This document shows positions 49,435 to 61,902 of a stretch of 64,000 bases of DNA, one piece after another. Location of the stretch: contig JAPETS010000007.1 of assembly GCA_026023565.1 (NCBI GenBank), positions 248,001 through 312,000 on the forward strand, written 5' to 3'. Origin of the DNA: Cirrosporium novae-zelandiae. Taxonomy: Eukaryota. The notes below the pieces were generated by a model. It worked only from the letters and a program-made list of their open reading frames with translations. It ran no database searches and had not been told where the DNA came from. Each line of letters begins with the position of its first letter. The first letter of the stretch is position 1. The translations under genes and the position numbers were made by a program.

Positions 49435-52063
49435 TTAACTCCCTAGCTCGATTCTCCTACCTAAAACTTGTCGGGCTTCACTTTCTGACATTGTTTCTAG
49501 GCCTAGGTCGGCCAGCACCTCTCTCGCATCCTCGTTGCTTTTGAAAAGTCTCTTCTCTACCTCCCAGAGCCCTAGTTCCCCGCCGTCATTTTCCATCCTT
49601 TCTATTTCTTCCTGCTCCTCTTCTTTTGCCTGCTCTTTGCCACCAGCTCGGATAGGCAGATTCAAGAGCTTAACTCCTTCAAGAAGTTGTTGCATCCTAG
49701 TTTTTCCTTGCCCTTCACCAACATACTTGTCTATAACATTGCAAAAAGCTTGCGTATCACGCTGGAACTGCTTAATGCCAGCCGTAGAAAAATTGGTTCG
49801 TATAAGTACATAGTCCCAGAGATATGATTGTATGGCGGAACAGACATTTTGCATTATTCGTCTTAATGGTGCAGCCCCCAAAGCTCGAGAGAGGAATGAG
49901 AGATAGGTTGATAGAAGCTGGATTGTTGGGTCGAGTTCTGCAGTCACTAGCAGGTTGCTTGCGCTGGGCACGTTGGAGGATGACATGTCTGGGGCTGTGG
50001 AGAGGGATGACCAGGGGTTAATACGCGAGTAGGGACGCAGCGAGTCCCGCACGCTATGTGTGACGGTTTCTTGGATGACGGATTCACTACGAACGCGAAG
50101 GTCGTGATATGCGCCAGCCGTTTCGTCGAAAAGGGCACCACTGTCGCCAGCAGAGCCTACAGAACTAGATGTACGTTCTGCGATATCGGATACAGTCATC
50201 TCACCTACTAAGCTCTTTGTCACCGAGTGGCCTCTAGCACGTTCTTGGAGCTCGTCCCATAGCTCCAGGAAGAAAATGTCGTCGCTCCAATCACGCATTT
50301 TCTTCTCAAGATATTCGGAACTGCCGAAGATACGGCATAATCGCTCCAGGCCTGCCATGCCTTGAGTTTTGGCGCGGTCTTCGGCGCTAGAGCCTTGAAC
50401 AGTACGTCCGATGGTAGATGTGAGCGTCAAGTAGGCCTCAAGGCTGGACTTTAAGCGTTGGTGGAATTTATCAAAGATGGCAATTTGAATATCAATTAAG
50501 AAACGGAGTTTATGGGTAAAGGAGAAAAGGGGACGGTAACGGTCGGTGATAGTTTCGAGAAGGTCGTTAACTCTGATGGCTGCTTTCGTGGGTTTGGTCA
50601 TGCCGGGGTCCAGGGTATCGTAATCGATTTCTCCATTGTCCTTAGAATCTATGATTTCCTGATAACGGGCTAGAGCAAAATCCTTCTCGACTTGCAGCCA
50701 GCGGCCAAAAAAGTCTCTCTTGACCAGAATTTCCCAGGTCAGGCCTTTCCAGCCTTGCAGGTAGTAACCTCCATCGTACTCCCAGTCATCACGTAGAGTC
50801 GTATCGAAGTTCATCAGCTCGTGAATGCAGTGGCTTAGCAGTTGTGGCTGGCCAGCTATTCTAGGAACAAGCTCAAATAGCTTATGCCTCAGCATCGGGA
50901 GAAGAGATGTGATAAAAGCGGAGGTGGAATCTGTATAGATCCAATCAAGGTCAACCTTGGACTTCTGAAGCCTGGCTGAGAGGATGGGCTGAAGGTGCTC
51001 GATAAAGAAATCGGCATGTCTATTCAATAGATTGAGGACATGAGATAGAAAATATTCAGGTTTATCGGACCGGTTTGTGGGTCTATTGCTTTCGAAGTGA
51101 TATTTGAACCCCAATTCCAAGGACTGGACCATTATTTCAAGCGGAAGAAGCACGAAAGGATCCTCCGATTTTAACTTAGAGCCGATTCGATCTCCTTTTG
51201 CTTGGAATTCACTGAAGCTTGTTAATACGGATAGCAGTATATAAATTGATAAAACATACGGCTCTTGGAGATCAAGCAACCTCTCCACCCCTTCACGCCA
51301 TTCCTGTTCGATCAAGGGGGTGAAGACCAAGTTCTTGGTAGGCCATTTCATCTTTTTCAAGACCCTCTCGAAATCGCCGCCAAAAGATTTCTTGAGTTCA
51401 AGCCATAGAGACCGCGCTTCTTGATCAACATGATAGATCAAATTAGGGGCTGCTCCCTCAGCAGCAGGTTGGGCTTCTTTGAGGGTAGCTGAAATGGCCT
51501 GTAGCCGTATATAGGGCTGTAAGGCGACCTGAGGGGATGATCCTACATTTTCGCGCGCAGTATTCCTATACCCCTCTTAGCAAATCTTCCATGAACGACC
51601 TCCTAGATCTAACCTCAGGTTATCAATTTCCTTGAGTAACTCTATGTAATCTCTTGCGATTTCTAGTCTTCGTAACTTTTCTATGCTAGATCTAAAGCGG
51701 CGAACAGCATTGTCACTCGATTCTGACTGAGTAACGATCAAAAGTCGACGGTCAATTTCGGCCTGCTGCCTTTGAAAGTCTTCGGCTTGCTGTCTTATTT
51801 TTTGTTCATGGCTTTCGGATTCTCGTTTTGTTTTGTCAAGCACGGCTTCAGCATCGAACAACTAACGGTAATTTTTTTAGAACGATATAGGTTAATGGCT
51901 TGAAACTCGGGTGTACCTGTTTCTTCAATAGAATCTTCTGGTCTAGCACGTTCCGAAGCAGAGATTCGATATTCTGAAAGTCGGTCTCATCTTGTAGCTT
52001 ATCGTTCAAATAGTCTTCTACACGGACATCGCCCATACCATTTCCTAAAACCCTCTGGTCCAT
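49435..52063 (-). CDS. TIP20: Tip20/RINT-1 family Dsl1 tethering complex subunit
   Basis: DVRVEDYLNDKLQ, FKYHFESNRPTNRSDKPEYFLSH, LLSHCIHELMNFD, RVNDLLETITDRYRPL..LRFLIDIQ; three introns. Confidence 0.9.
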
Positions 52064-52202
52064 TCTGTAGTTCGATTATCAATCTTAATGGAATCCTTTG
52101 GGGAGGGATTCTCGTCGCATTCAATGCCAAATCATTACATCTAGAATACATCGGAGAACACCAATCTGTTCCGGAACTCGTTGCCGAGATTACAGCAACT
52201 TT

Positions 52203-52210
52203 ACGCGAAA
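52203..52210 (+). promoter_or_regulatory. MCB/SCB-like G1/S element (ACGCGAAA) upstream of the DNA ligase
   Basis: ACGCGAAA lies about 150 bp upstream of the ligase ATG, inside the TIP20/ligase divergent promoter. It is a short motif and could occur by chance. Confidence 0.35.
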
Positions 52211-52359
52211 CCTATGACGTCTTATTACACAGTAACACAGGTGAACGTCCTGATAAAGCTCAACGATATTCATTATGGTTACCAGTCTAAGCATCTAGGT
52301 ACTCTTCCCATAATATTGCTATGCAGTAACAATGTACGGGAACTCCTAAATGAAACCCA

Positions 52360-55098
52360 ATGGCGAGTCCAGCAAAAAGACGAAGGAGGAACGGCCACAC
52401 TGCATCCTCGCAGCCAGTTCGAAGTTTAGATTACTTCTTCAACAAGCAGAAGAAGGACCAGGAAAGCCAGAGGGAGAGAAAGGTAGTTACTAGGGACCTC
52501 TATACGTCAGAGGGTTCCAAATCGCGCAAGAGTGAACACAGCGACAATCAAACGCTGTCTGATGAAACTCTAGCGAGGAGACTGCAAGCAGAATGGAACG
52601 AGCAACTTGAACCATCCATTGCTTCGACAATACAGAAAACTATTGTTGAGAATACAGAGGAAAAGGATGAGAAGAATCGATCCAAAGGCTCCTTTTCTCG
52701 GTCGGAATCTCAAGAAGATTCAATCACTTCTTTTACTCCAAGATTGTCGACCCCTGTCGCTGCTGCATCAAATACTACCATTACAGAAGCGCCAAATGAG
52801 GTGCCAGGAAATCATTTTGATCATAGAGATAGGAAGAAGCCTAGCGACAAGGTGAATTTCTTGTCTCTTCAGGCCGCTACAGCGACCGAAGATGTAGTGT
52901 CTGCAGGCATCCCCTTTGATGAAAGTGTTCTGACATTTGATCCATCAAAATATCTCCCAGACCTTGATGATTTATGGGCCTCCGAAGGTGGAGATGCATC
53001 TTATTCTCTCCTCGCAAGATGCTTCGTCATAGTTAATGGCACGACAAGTAGGATCAAGATTGTTGATACCTTAGTCAATTTACTACGCATTATTATCGAA
53101 GCAAACCCCAGCAGTCTTTTGCCTGCAGTCTGGCTTGCTACAAATTCTATCTCCCCCCCTTATGTATCCCTGGAATTGGGACTTAGTAGTTCTGCTATCT
53201 CGAAGGCGCTGAAGAAGGTCTGTGGCCTAGACAATGCTGGGTTTAAAACACTGTATGACAAGCATGGTGATGCCGGAGATGTTGCATTTGAGGCAAAGAA
53301 GAAGCAGAGCTTCACCTTGCGCAAGCCTAAACCTCTTTCCATCAAAGGCGTCTATCAATCCTTGGTCAAAATTGCAATGACCACGGGACGCAGGAGCCAA
53401 GAAGCCAAGCAGCACATTGTGGAACGACTTATTCAGGATGCCAGAGGCGCTGAAGAAAGTAGATACATTGTTAGAACATTGATGCAGCATTTACGAATTG
53501 GTGCTGCCAAGACAACTATGCTTATTGCACTTTCCAGAGCATTTCTACTTTCTCGACCAGCAGGTTCTGATTTTTCAATTTATGCACAAGCCAATTTAGC
53601 AAAATTAAAAAAAGGGGAGCTCACTGAGATATATTCTAAGGCAGAAGGAAAGATTAAGGCTTGCTTTGCTCGTCATCCCAATTACGACGATCTGATCCCC
53701 TGCCTTCTCGAAGTAGGGATATCTCATGAGCTTTTACTTCGGTGTGGACTAGCGTTGCACATACCTCTGTTTCCAATGCTTGGAAGCATAACCAGAGATC
53801 TAGGCGAGATGCTTACCAAACTTCAGGGCAGAAATTTTAGCTGCGAATACAAATACGATGGCCAACGTGCACAAATCCATTGCGACTCTCGTGGCAAGGT
53901 ATCAATATTTTCAAGACATCTAGAGGTAATGACGGATAAGTATCCTGACCTTGTCTCTCTTGTTCCAAAGATTCGAGGCGACGGCGTGGAAAGCTTTATT
54001 TTAGAAGGAGAGGTTGTTGCCATTGACCGTGAAACAGGAGATTTGAAACCATTCCAGATGCTTACAAACAGGGCCAGGAAGGAAGTCACTATTGGCAGTG
54101 TTACGGTAGAAGTTTGCTTATTCGCTTTTGATTTAATGTACCTAAATGGTGAAGAACTTCTGAACAGATCATTCCGAGAGCGACGAGAAATACTCCGAAG
54201 CTTATTTGTTGAAGTACCTTATCACTTCATGTGGGTGAAGAGCCTTGATGTTACCTCTGGAGACTCCGAAGCAGTCCTCGAGTTCTTCAAAAGTGCCATA
54301 GAGATGAAATGCGAGGGCATTATGGTGAAAGTGTTGGACAATCTTCTCAATCCCGATTTCATCCCTACCAAGGAAGCGGATAAAGATAATCAACTCCTAG
54401 TTGAACAACCCACTCTCACGAAAAAAACCAGGGGTTCCAAAGGCAAATCCAAGTCAACTAAATTAAAATCAGGTTCTACTCCTGAAGAAATACTCCCAGG
54501 GTGTCACAAAGCTCTTCTCTCAACCTATGAACCCGACAAACGTCTCGACTCGTGGCTCAAAGTGAAGAAAGATTATCATTCCTCTTCCGATACCCTTGAC
54601 CTCATCCCAATAGCTGGTTGGCATGGTCAGGGCCGCAAAGCTACATGGTGGTCACCTATCCTCCTCGCTGTTCGTAATGCTGAGACTGGCTCCCTAGAAG
54701 CCATCACGAAGTGCATGTCCGGCTTCACAGACGAGTTTTATATAGCTAACAAGGACAAGTATGGCAAATATGGGGACAATGTGCTTGGTACTAAACCAAG
54801 TTATATAGATTATACAGGAACGCCAGACATATGGTTTGAACCACAAGAGGTTTGGGAAACTGCGTTTGCGGATATCACTTTAAGTCCAACATATACAGCT
54901 GCCATCGGATTGATCAATGAAGAAAGGGGACTAAGTCTAAGGTTCCCAAGGTTTTTAAAAGTCAGGGAGGACAAAAGTATCGATGAAGCTAGCACAGCGG
55001 AATTTTTGGCTGGTCTATATAGGAAGCAGGAGAGCAGGATCAAGGAAGAAGCTAGTGTTGGAAGGCCAAGTAGAGCAGACGAAAATGGCAATAACTGA
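52360..55098 (+). CDS. ATP-dependent DNA ligase, ligase I family (second fungal paralog, S. pombe Adl1-like)
   Basis: Motif I CEYKYDGQRAQIH, EGEVVA, FAFDLMYLNG, CEGIMVK, WLKVKKDY, SLRFPRFLKVREDK. The GWHGQGRKATWWSPILLA and KCMSGFTD wording fits the paralogous clade as I recall it. Confidence 0.88.
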   Translation: MASPAKRRRRNGHTASSQPVRSLDYFFNKQKKDQESQRERKVVTRDLYTSEGSKSRKSEHSDNQTLSDETLARRLQAEWNEQLEPSIASTIQKTIVENTEEKDEKNRSKGSFSRSESQEDSITSFTPRLSTPVAAASNTTITEAPNEVPGNHFDHRDRKKPSDKVNFLSLQAATATEDVVSAGIPFDESVLTFDPSKYLPDLDDLWASEGGDASYSLLARCFVIVNGTTSRIKIVDTLVNLLRIIIEANPSSLLPAVWLATNSISPPYVSLELGLSSSAISKALKKVCGLDNAGFKTLYDKHGDAGDVAFEAKKKQSFTLRKPKPLSIKGVYQSLVKIAMTTGRRSQEAKQHIVERLIQDARGAEESRYIVRTLMQHLRIGAAKTTMLIALSRAFLLSRPAGSDFSIYAQANLAKLKKGELTEIYSKAEGKIKACFARHPNYDDLIPCLLEVGISHELLLRCGLALHIPLFPMLGSITRDLGEMLTKLQGRNFSCEYKYDGQRAQIHCDSRGKVSIFSRHLEVMTDKYPDLVSLVPKIRGDGVESFILEGEVVAIDRETGDLKPFQMLTNRARKEVTIGSVTVEVCLFAFDLMYLNGEELLNRSFRERREILRSLFVEVPYHFMWVKSLDVTSGDSEAVLEFFKSAIEMKCEGIMVKVLDNLLNPDFIPTKEADKDNQLLVEQPTLTKKTRGSKGKSKSTKLKSGSTPEEILPGCHKALLSTYEPDKRLDSWLKVKKDYHSSSDTLDLIPIAGWHGQGRKATWWSPILLAVRNAETGSLEAITKCMSGFTDEFYIANKDKYGKYGDNVLGTKPSYIDYTGTPDIWFEPQEVWETAFADITLSPTYTAAIGLINEERGLSLRFPRFLKVREDKSIDEASTAEFLAGLYRKQESRIKEEASVGRPSRADENGNN

Positions 55099-55177
55099 CC
55101 TCTTATATTTTATGCTAGAGAATCACATCGCAGATACACCAGATAGGGAAATCTTCTCAAGACTCTCTCGTGCTCCT

Positions 55178-56074
55178 TTACGTCATCATCTTCCCCCCGA
55201 TTTTTACTGCCCTCTTCACTTGCTCGTCTGTCGGATTTTGCCATTTAGCATCTAGGCTACTCATCAACTTTCGGACCAACTCCTTCTCATACTCTTCTGC
55301 AGACTTCTTCCTGCGCCTCCAATACATATCAGTCGGGGCGCGCCAAATTGAGTCTACAATCTCCACATTACTGATCCGCTGCAGGGTTTCGAACGGTTTT
55401 AATGCTTCCCACCATGGTGCGGGCGACCAATTGTCGATAGCAGGGGGTATAATGTGGATCTTTAGAGTATCAAGGTTATGCCCAACAGACAACATTTTCG
55501 CGAAAACGTGGGCCACCATTCCATTCTCGCCATTCGTCCTAGCTCGCGCTATAGCTTTCATGACCAATTGCACGAAGTTTTCATCGTAAGCCCGTATTTG
55601 GCTATCTCCGAAGGAAGGCCAAACGGGTAAATTTAGTGATGATTCGTTCAAGTCTTTCGCTACCTTGGAATGTTTACGAAGTGTCATGTGCAACGAACAA
55701 CTTTTCATTGTGGTAAGATTGGCAAAAAGGCCAGTATAGAAAGGACTCTCTAAATCCACTATAAAGGCGAAGTGATTTTGGGAGTAGAAGATTGAACTTG
55801 CTTCTTGATATATTCGATGGTTGACGAGAAATATGGCAGGGCAGGAATGAGGAACGCTAGATTCACATTCATGGTCGTTATAAGCTGCAAATAAGGCCGA
55901 GTTATAACGCCGGTGTATACCAAGGTCGAGTCGAGGAGGAGGAGTGATCGCAAACCGATCCTCATGACGTTGGGGTGGTTTGATAAGAATATAAGAATAT
56001 ATTTTATTTCGGATTTCTCCTGGTAAGCTATCGAAGGATAGCGGAATTGACTCATTTATCGCAAGTGAAGCCAT
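55178..56074 (-). CDS. Fungal F-box-like-motif hypothetical protein
   Basis: N-terminal SFDSLPGEIRNKIYSYIL and PAIFLVNHRIYQEASSIFYSQNHF motifs. First ATG at 56074; intronless. Confidence 0.7.
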   Translation of the reverse strand: MASLAINESIPLSFDSLPGEIRNKIYSYILIKPPQRHEDRFAITPPPRLDLGIHRRYNSALFAAYNDHECESSVPHSCPAIFLVNHRIYQEASSIFYSQNHFAFIVDLESPFYTGLFANLTTMKSCSLHMTLRKHSKVAKDLNESSLNLPVWPSFGDSQIRAYDENFVQLVMKAIARARTNGENGMVAHVFAKMLSVGHNLDTLKIHIIPPAIDNWSPAPWWEALKPFETLQRISNVEIVDSIWRAPTDMYWRRRKKSAEEYEKELVRKLMSSLDAKWQNPTDEQVKRAVKIGGKMMT

Positions 56075-57076
56075 GAGAGGAGTAGAGAAAACCACGGAAT
56101 AAAGAATTTACTAAGACGATATTTTCGAATGAGATTTTAATGCTTTTTTCACTTCTCTATGGTGTTCGGGGAGGTAAGAGACAGTTGTATCTTAAAGCCT
56201 AGACATTATACGTAGTCGAACAACATTCTGATTCAGAGTGACCAAGGTAGCTAACATGAGGGAGAGTGCTAGGCAGGAGAGATTAGATGATGGAATAGTG
56301 AAATAAGTGAATCAGGTACTGATCAAGAAGTACTGTTTGAAGAAAAATAATTTCGACTTGGTTATGTGTTTTTAGAGGGGGGCTAAATAAGTTGAAGAAG
56401 CTGAAACGTCTTGAAGTTGTCTAAAGGAGTCCCGAGGAACTGGTGTTTATCAGCTGCAGCCTAAGGATCCGCAAATCCTTGTTCCTTGAATTGCCACATC
56501 AACATCAACAACAATATAAACATGAGTATGGAGGAAGCAATACCTTGTGGGTTGTCGCCTTCGACAAGTTAGCAGTGTAGAAGTTAGTTCGTCACTGGAG
56601 ATACCAGAGGGGTCCTCAAGACCATGCTCCTGATGTTTGGAGAATAATAGAGCATCGAGGAATGAAGAAGAAATTGACACAGAACAGATGGACCTTCTAT
56701 GAAGACTATGTAAATGCTACCACTGTCATTTCTTTTAGTTATACCACAGTAAACACCTACTGATAGTTGATGATGGACGCAAGATACCTCGTTATTCGTA
56801 TCTGGTGGATGGAGAAGGCGGATGCAAACTGAGCAAACTACTTCTCAACATCGCGTTCTCAAAAGTTTGGCGCGTTTAGTTGGAGCTCAAATCCCAAGTT
56901 TGGGGTGATCAAAATAATTTCGAGTCGGCGTCTCTCTCCGGAGTACGACCTTGAATTCTCTAATGGCCCTAGGTGTCCATACAGTGCAATGATAGCTTCC
57001 AAAGGCTTCCAACTCCACAAATACCGTTACTGAAGCTAGCTGTTTGTTTCAACTTTTGTCGTCGAAAGAGTATGCG

Positions 57077-60000
57077 ATGAATGGTGTACCTCACACACCT
57101 CGACTTCGGTCGGCCTTCCCTCAGACGCCTCAGAACTCTCAGAGGCGAGGGCTAGCTTCTCCCACACCATCCATAGACGATCTCCAACCGAAAGCAAATG
57201 ACGACAATTCCCCTCTTATTCCCTTCGACCTAGTGGACGCCCCGTCGCAACGTCTTTATGTTCTTACGTTTTATATTGGCCTTCATGCATGGCGTTTCTA
57301 CGACTACTGGAACCTGGTTGCAGATGATACAGAGTCGACATGGTTATTTCTCAAATGGATTACAATAGATGGAGTTTTTCTATTTGGGCTTCCGGGACTT
57401 AGAATCCCGTGGATGGAATGGTCTTTCATGATAACTATGACTGTGTTCCTTCTTCATTCGTTTTTTGATGGCGTTTTAATGTTTAGGATACCCGTGAGTT
57501 GTGTCCCATGCCAGATTCAAAGTGGATAGGCTGACTTTTTCTGAGGTTCCCTCTTGGATTTGGGCGTGGTTTATGGGAAACTTCAAATTGCTATGGGATA
57601 GAGAGCTGGCAGTTTCTGAACGCAAAGTGAAACCCGCAGATATCATTAATAACGCATCTTTGATTCTTGGGAAACAAATCATCCATATTCTACCTGAAGG
57701 GTCTGTCATCCCGATGTTAATCAATATTCGTGCGCTAACAAGGAAATAGATCTGCCATTCTCAATCAAGAGAATGAACCTTTCTGTATCGGCCCTTTCGC
57801 TCCTTCAATCGAACTTCCTATAACTATCAACCAAACCACACCAATTCTAATTGAGCTACTAAGAATTGACCTGGACACTAATCAGAACGAAACAATCATC
57901 ATATCTAAGAAGGAGACAAACCAACTGAAGAAAAGAGCTGAGAAGTTGATACCCAAGAAAGATCAGAATGATCCCTCTAAACCTCGGACATTGAAATATA
58001 CGGTCAAGAAGCCTGGTCTTTACCAACTACGGAAAGTTGTAGATGAGTCCAAACTTGAAGTCCAAAGACGGCTATCCGACACATTAATTGTCAATTGTCC
58101 AAAGGCCGTGATCAGAGCCCCTGCAACAGATAAATGTCATGGAGAGCTATCAGATCTCGTTCTGGAAGTTCATGGGACACCTCCATTAAAGATTAAGTAT
58201 AGCAGAACTATCAACCAGGAGGATCACATTTCCTCATTCCAGAGCATTCAACCAGAAAATTTAATCTCTCCATTGGTTCATCAACAGTCATCTCGAACTC
58301 TTATTGATCCTCGCAATGTTGATGTGTCTTGGGCGCGGGAACAGAAAATCGAGGTTCCCATGAATGAATCTCTGGGTACGATTGGCAACTGGCTTTATGC
58401 CATTGAGGAAGTTCATGATGCCTGCGGTAATATCGTAAAATATGAGACCCCTCATGAAGACAATCCGCGCGCAATAGCTAAATACACGCCACAGAGACAA
58501 CGATTCTCTGTCCATGAACGGCCACGAGCTATGTTGAATGGCTGTGACCCCCAGGATCCTCTTTACGTTGCTGCAGGTAGGACGGAGCGGCTCCCTCTCC
58601 GTCTTGCAAGAACGGGTCAACCTCAACCAGTTGAATGGCCTTTGAAGGTGTCTTATTTCTATGAGCCGCAACCAGAAGATCCAGATGATCCATTAGCCTT
58701 CCCACGGCTTGTGAATGTTACCTTCAAAAACGATTATGACTATCATCGGATAAAGCATGCTGGCTGGTATACTCTAAAGACCGTTGCTACGCCATTCTGT
58801 CAGGGTGAGATTCTCGAGCCAGCTACTTGCTTGCTCATCAACCCTCCAGAGCCAGACCTCCATTTCGTGTCAGAGGAAATTCATGACAAATGTGCCGGTG
58901 ATGTTATAGGGCTGTTGGTTGATCTCGACATGATTGGAACACCCCCATTTAACCTTTACTACAACATTCGACATGATGGCGAGGTAACGCCAAGAATTGA
59001 GAAGATCGAGCGTATGAGACATCAGCTCGAGTTGACACCTCCAGAGGCGGGACATTATACCTATGAGTTTCTCGAACTTGAAGATTCTGTCTACGGCAAA
59101 GAACATCTCAAGCAGAAAGAGATATTGGAGCAAAACGTTAAACCTCCAGCCTCCGCCCATTTCGTAGACGTTGGACCTAATATCAAGGCATGCATCGAAG
59201 AGCCTGTCTCTGCTCGTGTCCGTTTGATCGGTCAAGCGCCTTGGACCCTGCAATACGAGTTGGTGTATGGAAATAAGAGGACAAAACATGAGCTCAAGTC
59301 TGCGAAGGAATATGCAACAATCACAACGGATAAATTGACCAAAGGCGGCGAATATTCTCTTTCATTATCCAGTATCACTGATCGAACTGGCTGCAAGAAG
59401 TTCTTGGAGGGAAGCATTAAGCTGGATGTTCGTCACACGAGACCAAAGGCTGCTTTTGGTAAGCTGGAAGGCAAATTTAATATCCTTACTCTTCAAGGAA
59501 AGAATGCGGACATACCTCTACGTTTGACCGGAGAGGCGCCATGGTTTATACGGTATCGTAACCGTGACAATCCGACCGGTAGGGAGTATGACATGAAGGT
59601 TAAAGGGTCCAACGACTTCCTTCGTGTTGGATCTCAAGGAACTTGGGAGATACTTGAAGTGCAAGACGCAACTTGTCCAGGTTCCATCGACCTCAAGGCA
59701 AATAGTTTCTCGGTTTCCTGGATCCCTCGACCAAGCTTACAAGTTCCCGATCCCTCTGTGATGGAGAAAGGAGGTATATTCGTGAAACATGATGTATGCC
59801 AAGGGGACGAAGACATTCTAGAATTAAAACTCGCTGGGACTCCTCCATACCAGGTTGGATACAATCATCGTGGGCCGGACCAAGGCTCTATCGGTAAAAA
59901 GGAATTCACGGCCGGTCTTGGAACAGCGACAATCCGCATGGACACTTCGGTTGCGGGATTTCATAATTACGAATTTTCGGAACTTGGCGACTACCTCTAC

Positions 60001-61024
60001 GATCATGACCCTTCATCATTTGACCCAACCATTATCAAACAAATGGTCAATCCACAGCCTTCTGCTCGTTTTGCACACCCTGGGAAAACCTACGCCTACT
60101 GCAACGGCATGGAAAGTGATGACGAAGCAATCCCGATTCAATTCTCGGGCATTCCTCCCTTCTTTCTCGAGATTGGGATCAAGCACATAACGAGCGCGAA
60201 ACCTGAAATCATCTCCATCCCCAACATCAACACCGAACGGTACAACTTCCATATTCCACACCAGTATCTCGCAACCGGGCAATCTCTCGTAACCATCCGT
60301 AAAGTTAGAGATACGCTTGGCTGCCAACGTCGTAGCGAATACGAAGGCTCCAGTGTCCGGGTTCATGTCTCGGATATCCCGTCTATCATTCCTCTCGAAT
60401 CTCGCGAAGATTATTGTGTCGGCGATTTCATATCATACACTCTTTCCGGAAGCCCACCCTTCCACATCTTCTACACATTCGAAGGCAGGGACCGGAAAGC
60501 GTCTGCCGACACAACCACATTCAGGCGCATTGCCGACCGGGCAGGCAACTTCACTATCATGGCTATCAGTGATGGAGTTAGTGGATGCTCGGCCAAGGTG
60601 GGCCTGACGAAGCTCATCCATCAGATGCCAAGTGTGAGAATTAGCCAGGGGAAAGAAAGTGTTGTTGATATCCACGAGGGCGGCGATGCAGAAATCTTGT
60701 TTGAATTTGGAGGAACACCTCCATTCGAATTCACGTAAGTCTTGATTAACTTCACCTTCTACCCCTTTACTTCTTCCTTCTAGACCTTCACTAACCCTCT
60801 CCTCTCTTAATAGATATACCAGAAGCACGAACGCTCAAGGCCGAAAGAAGTCCCAGCTCCTGGAAACTAAACGTGACATATCGTATGAATATAGCAAAAG
60901 CGTCAGGGCGTCGGCTGAGGGTACATACGAGGTCGTGGCCATCAAAGACAAGTTCTGCGCGTTCTCGACACAGAAAACACAGCCCAAAAGCAAGGAGGGA
61001 TATAAGTTGTTGAAAGGTGGATAA
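57077..61024 (+). CDS. POM152: Nuclear pore membrane protein Pom152
   Basis: [44 protein letters not shown], repeated Ig-like GxPP(F/W/Y) modules and final exon [18 protein letters not shown]. Introns 57494-57545, about 57701-57749 and 60735-60813. Confidence 0.93.
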
Positions 61025-61756
61025 ATAATCGAAGAGAAATGGAATTGTTAGATAAAGAGATGGAGTATCTACCTAATAAAAAGATAGACAATGGTTGCAA
61101 TTCGGTTTCCAAGGGGGTCGACTTGTAGCTTTAGCATTCATATATGAATGTATGAAACTCAAAAAGAAATTCAAAAATTAGAGAGAGTAGAGTAGTCTAT
61201 TAAAGTTAAGGATTTTATAAGACGAAGGTAAAAAATAAATAAGAAACTCCACCGATATCCAGGCATGCTAGCGCTATGATAGGTATCCTTTTTTCTAACC
61301 TTTAAACCTCAACTTTCTTTCATAATCAGTACGTCCATTATCATTCATCGCCCGTCGTCGACCAAAAGTTATTAGATTAAGAAGAGTACAAATGGGAATA
61401 GGATATTCTAGACTAGGTTATTGTTAATTTATTGTTTGGAACCTATGTCGACGAATAATAGGACATCTCCCTGATCAAGGGCCATTGAGAAGAAGAAAGA
61501 GAGATATCTATCTATCTAATTAGATATCCGAGGTCTATACTATATCTGGATATCTCCATGACTATTTCCCCCTCCCCCATAACATCCCTAACGATTGGAT
61601 ATCCATCATGCGGGGGTGCATTAATAACATTAATAAAGATCCAGTCAGTAACTTGCCATCATAATATATATATATATAAAGGGCCCTGACTAATTACCTA
61701 CCTACCTAGGTTTTGATTAGCTTGTATTCCTTTTAAATAGTAGTATAGGTTCCCTT

Positions 61757-61789
61757 TTCTTCTTCTTCTTCTTCTTCTTCTTCTTCTTC
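61757..61789. repeat. (TTC)11 microsatellite, with (AT)n at 61664-61678 and (GTTGT)n nearby
   Basis: Read directly from the sequence. Confidence 0.9.
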
Positions 61790-61902
61790 TACAGTAAGGA
61801 CTCATAAAACATATATGTTACGTTGTGTTGTGTTGTGTTGGACTTTCAAGTTATTATTATTATAATATAAGAATATAAATCCCCCCTTATATATATAACA
61901 TT

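Noticed and set aside
56400..56720. Coding-looking stretch between the F-box-like gene and POM152
   Set aside because: Only short frames without an ATG start and no recognisable motif, so a gene or relic cannot be supported.
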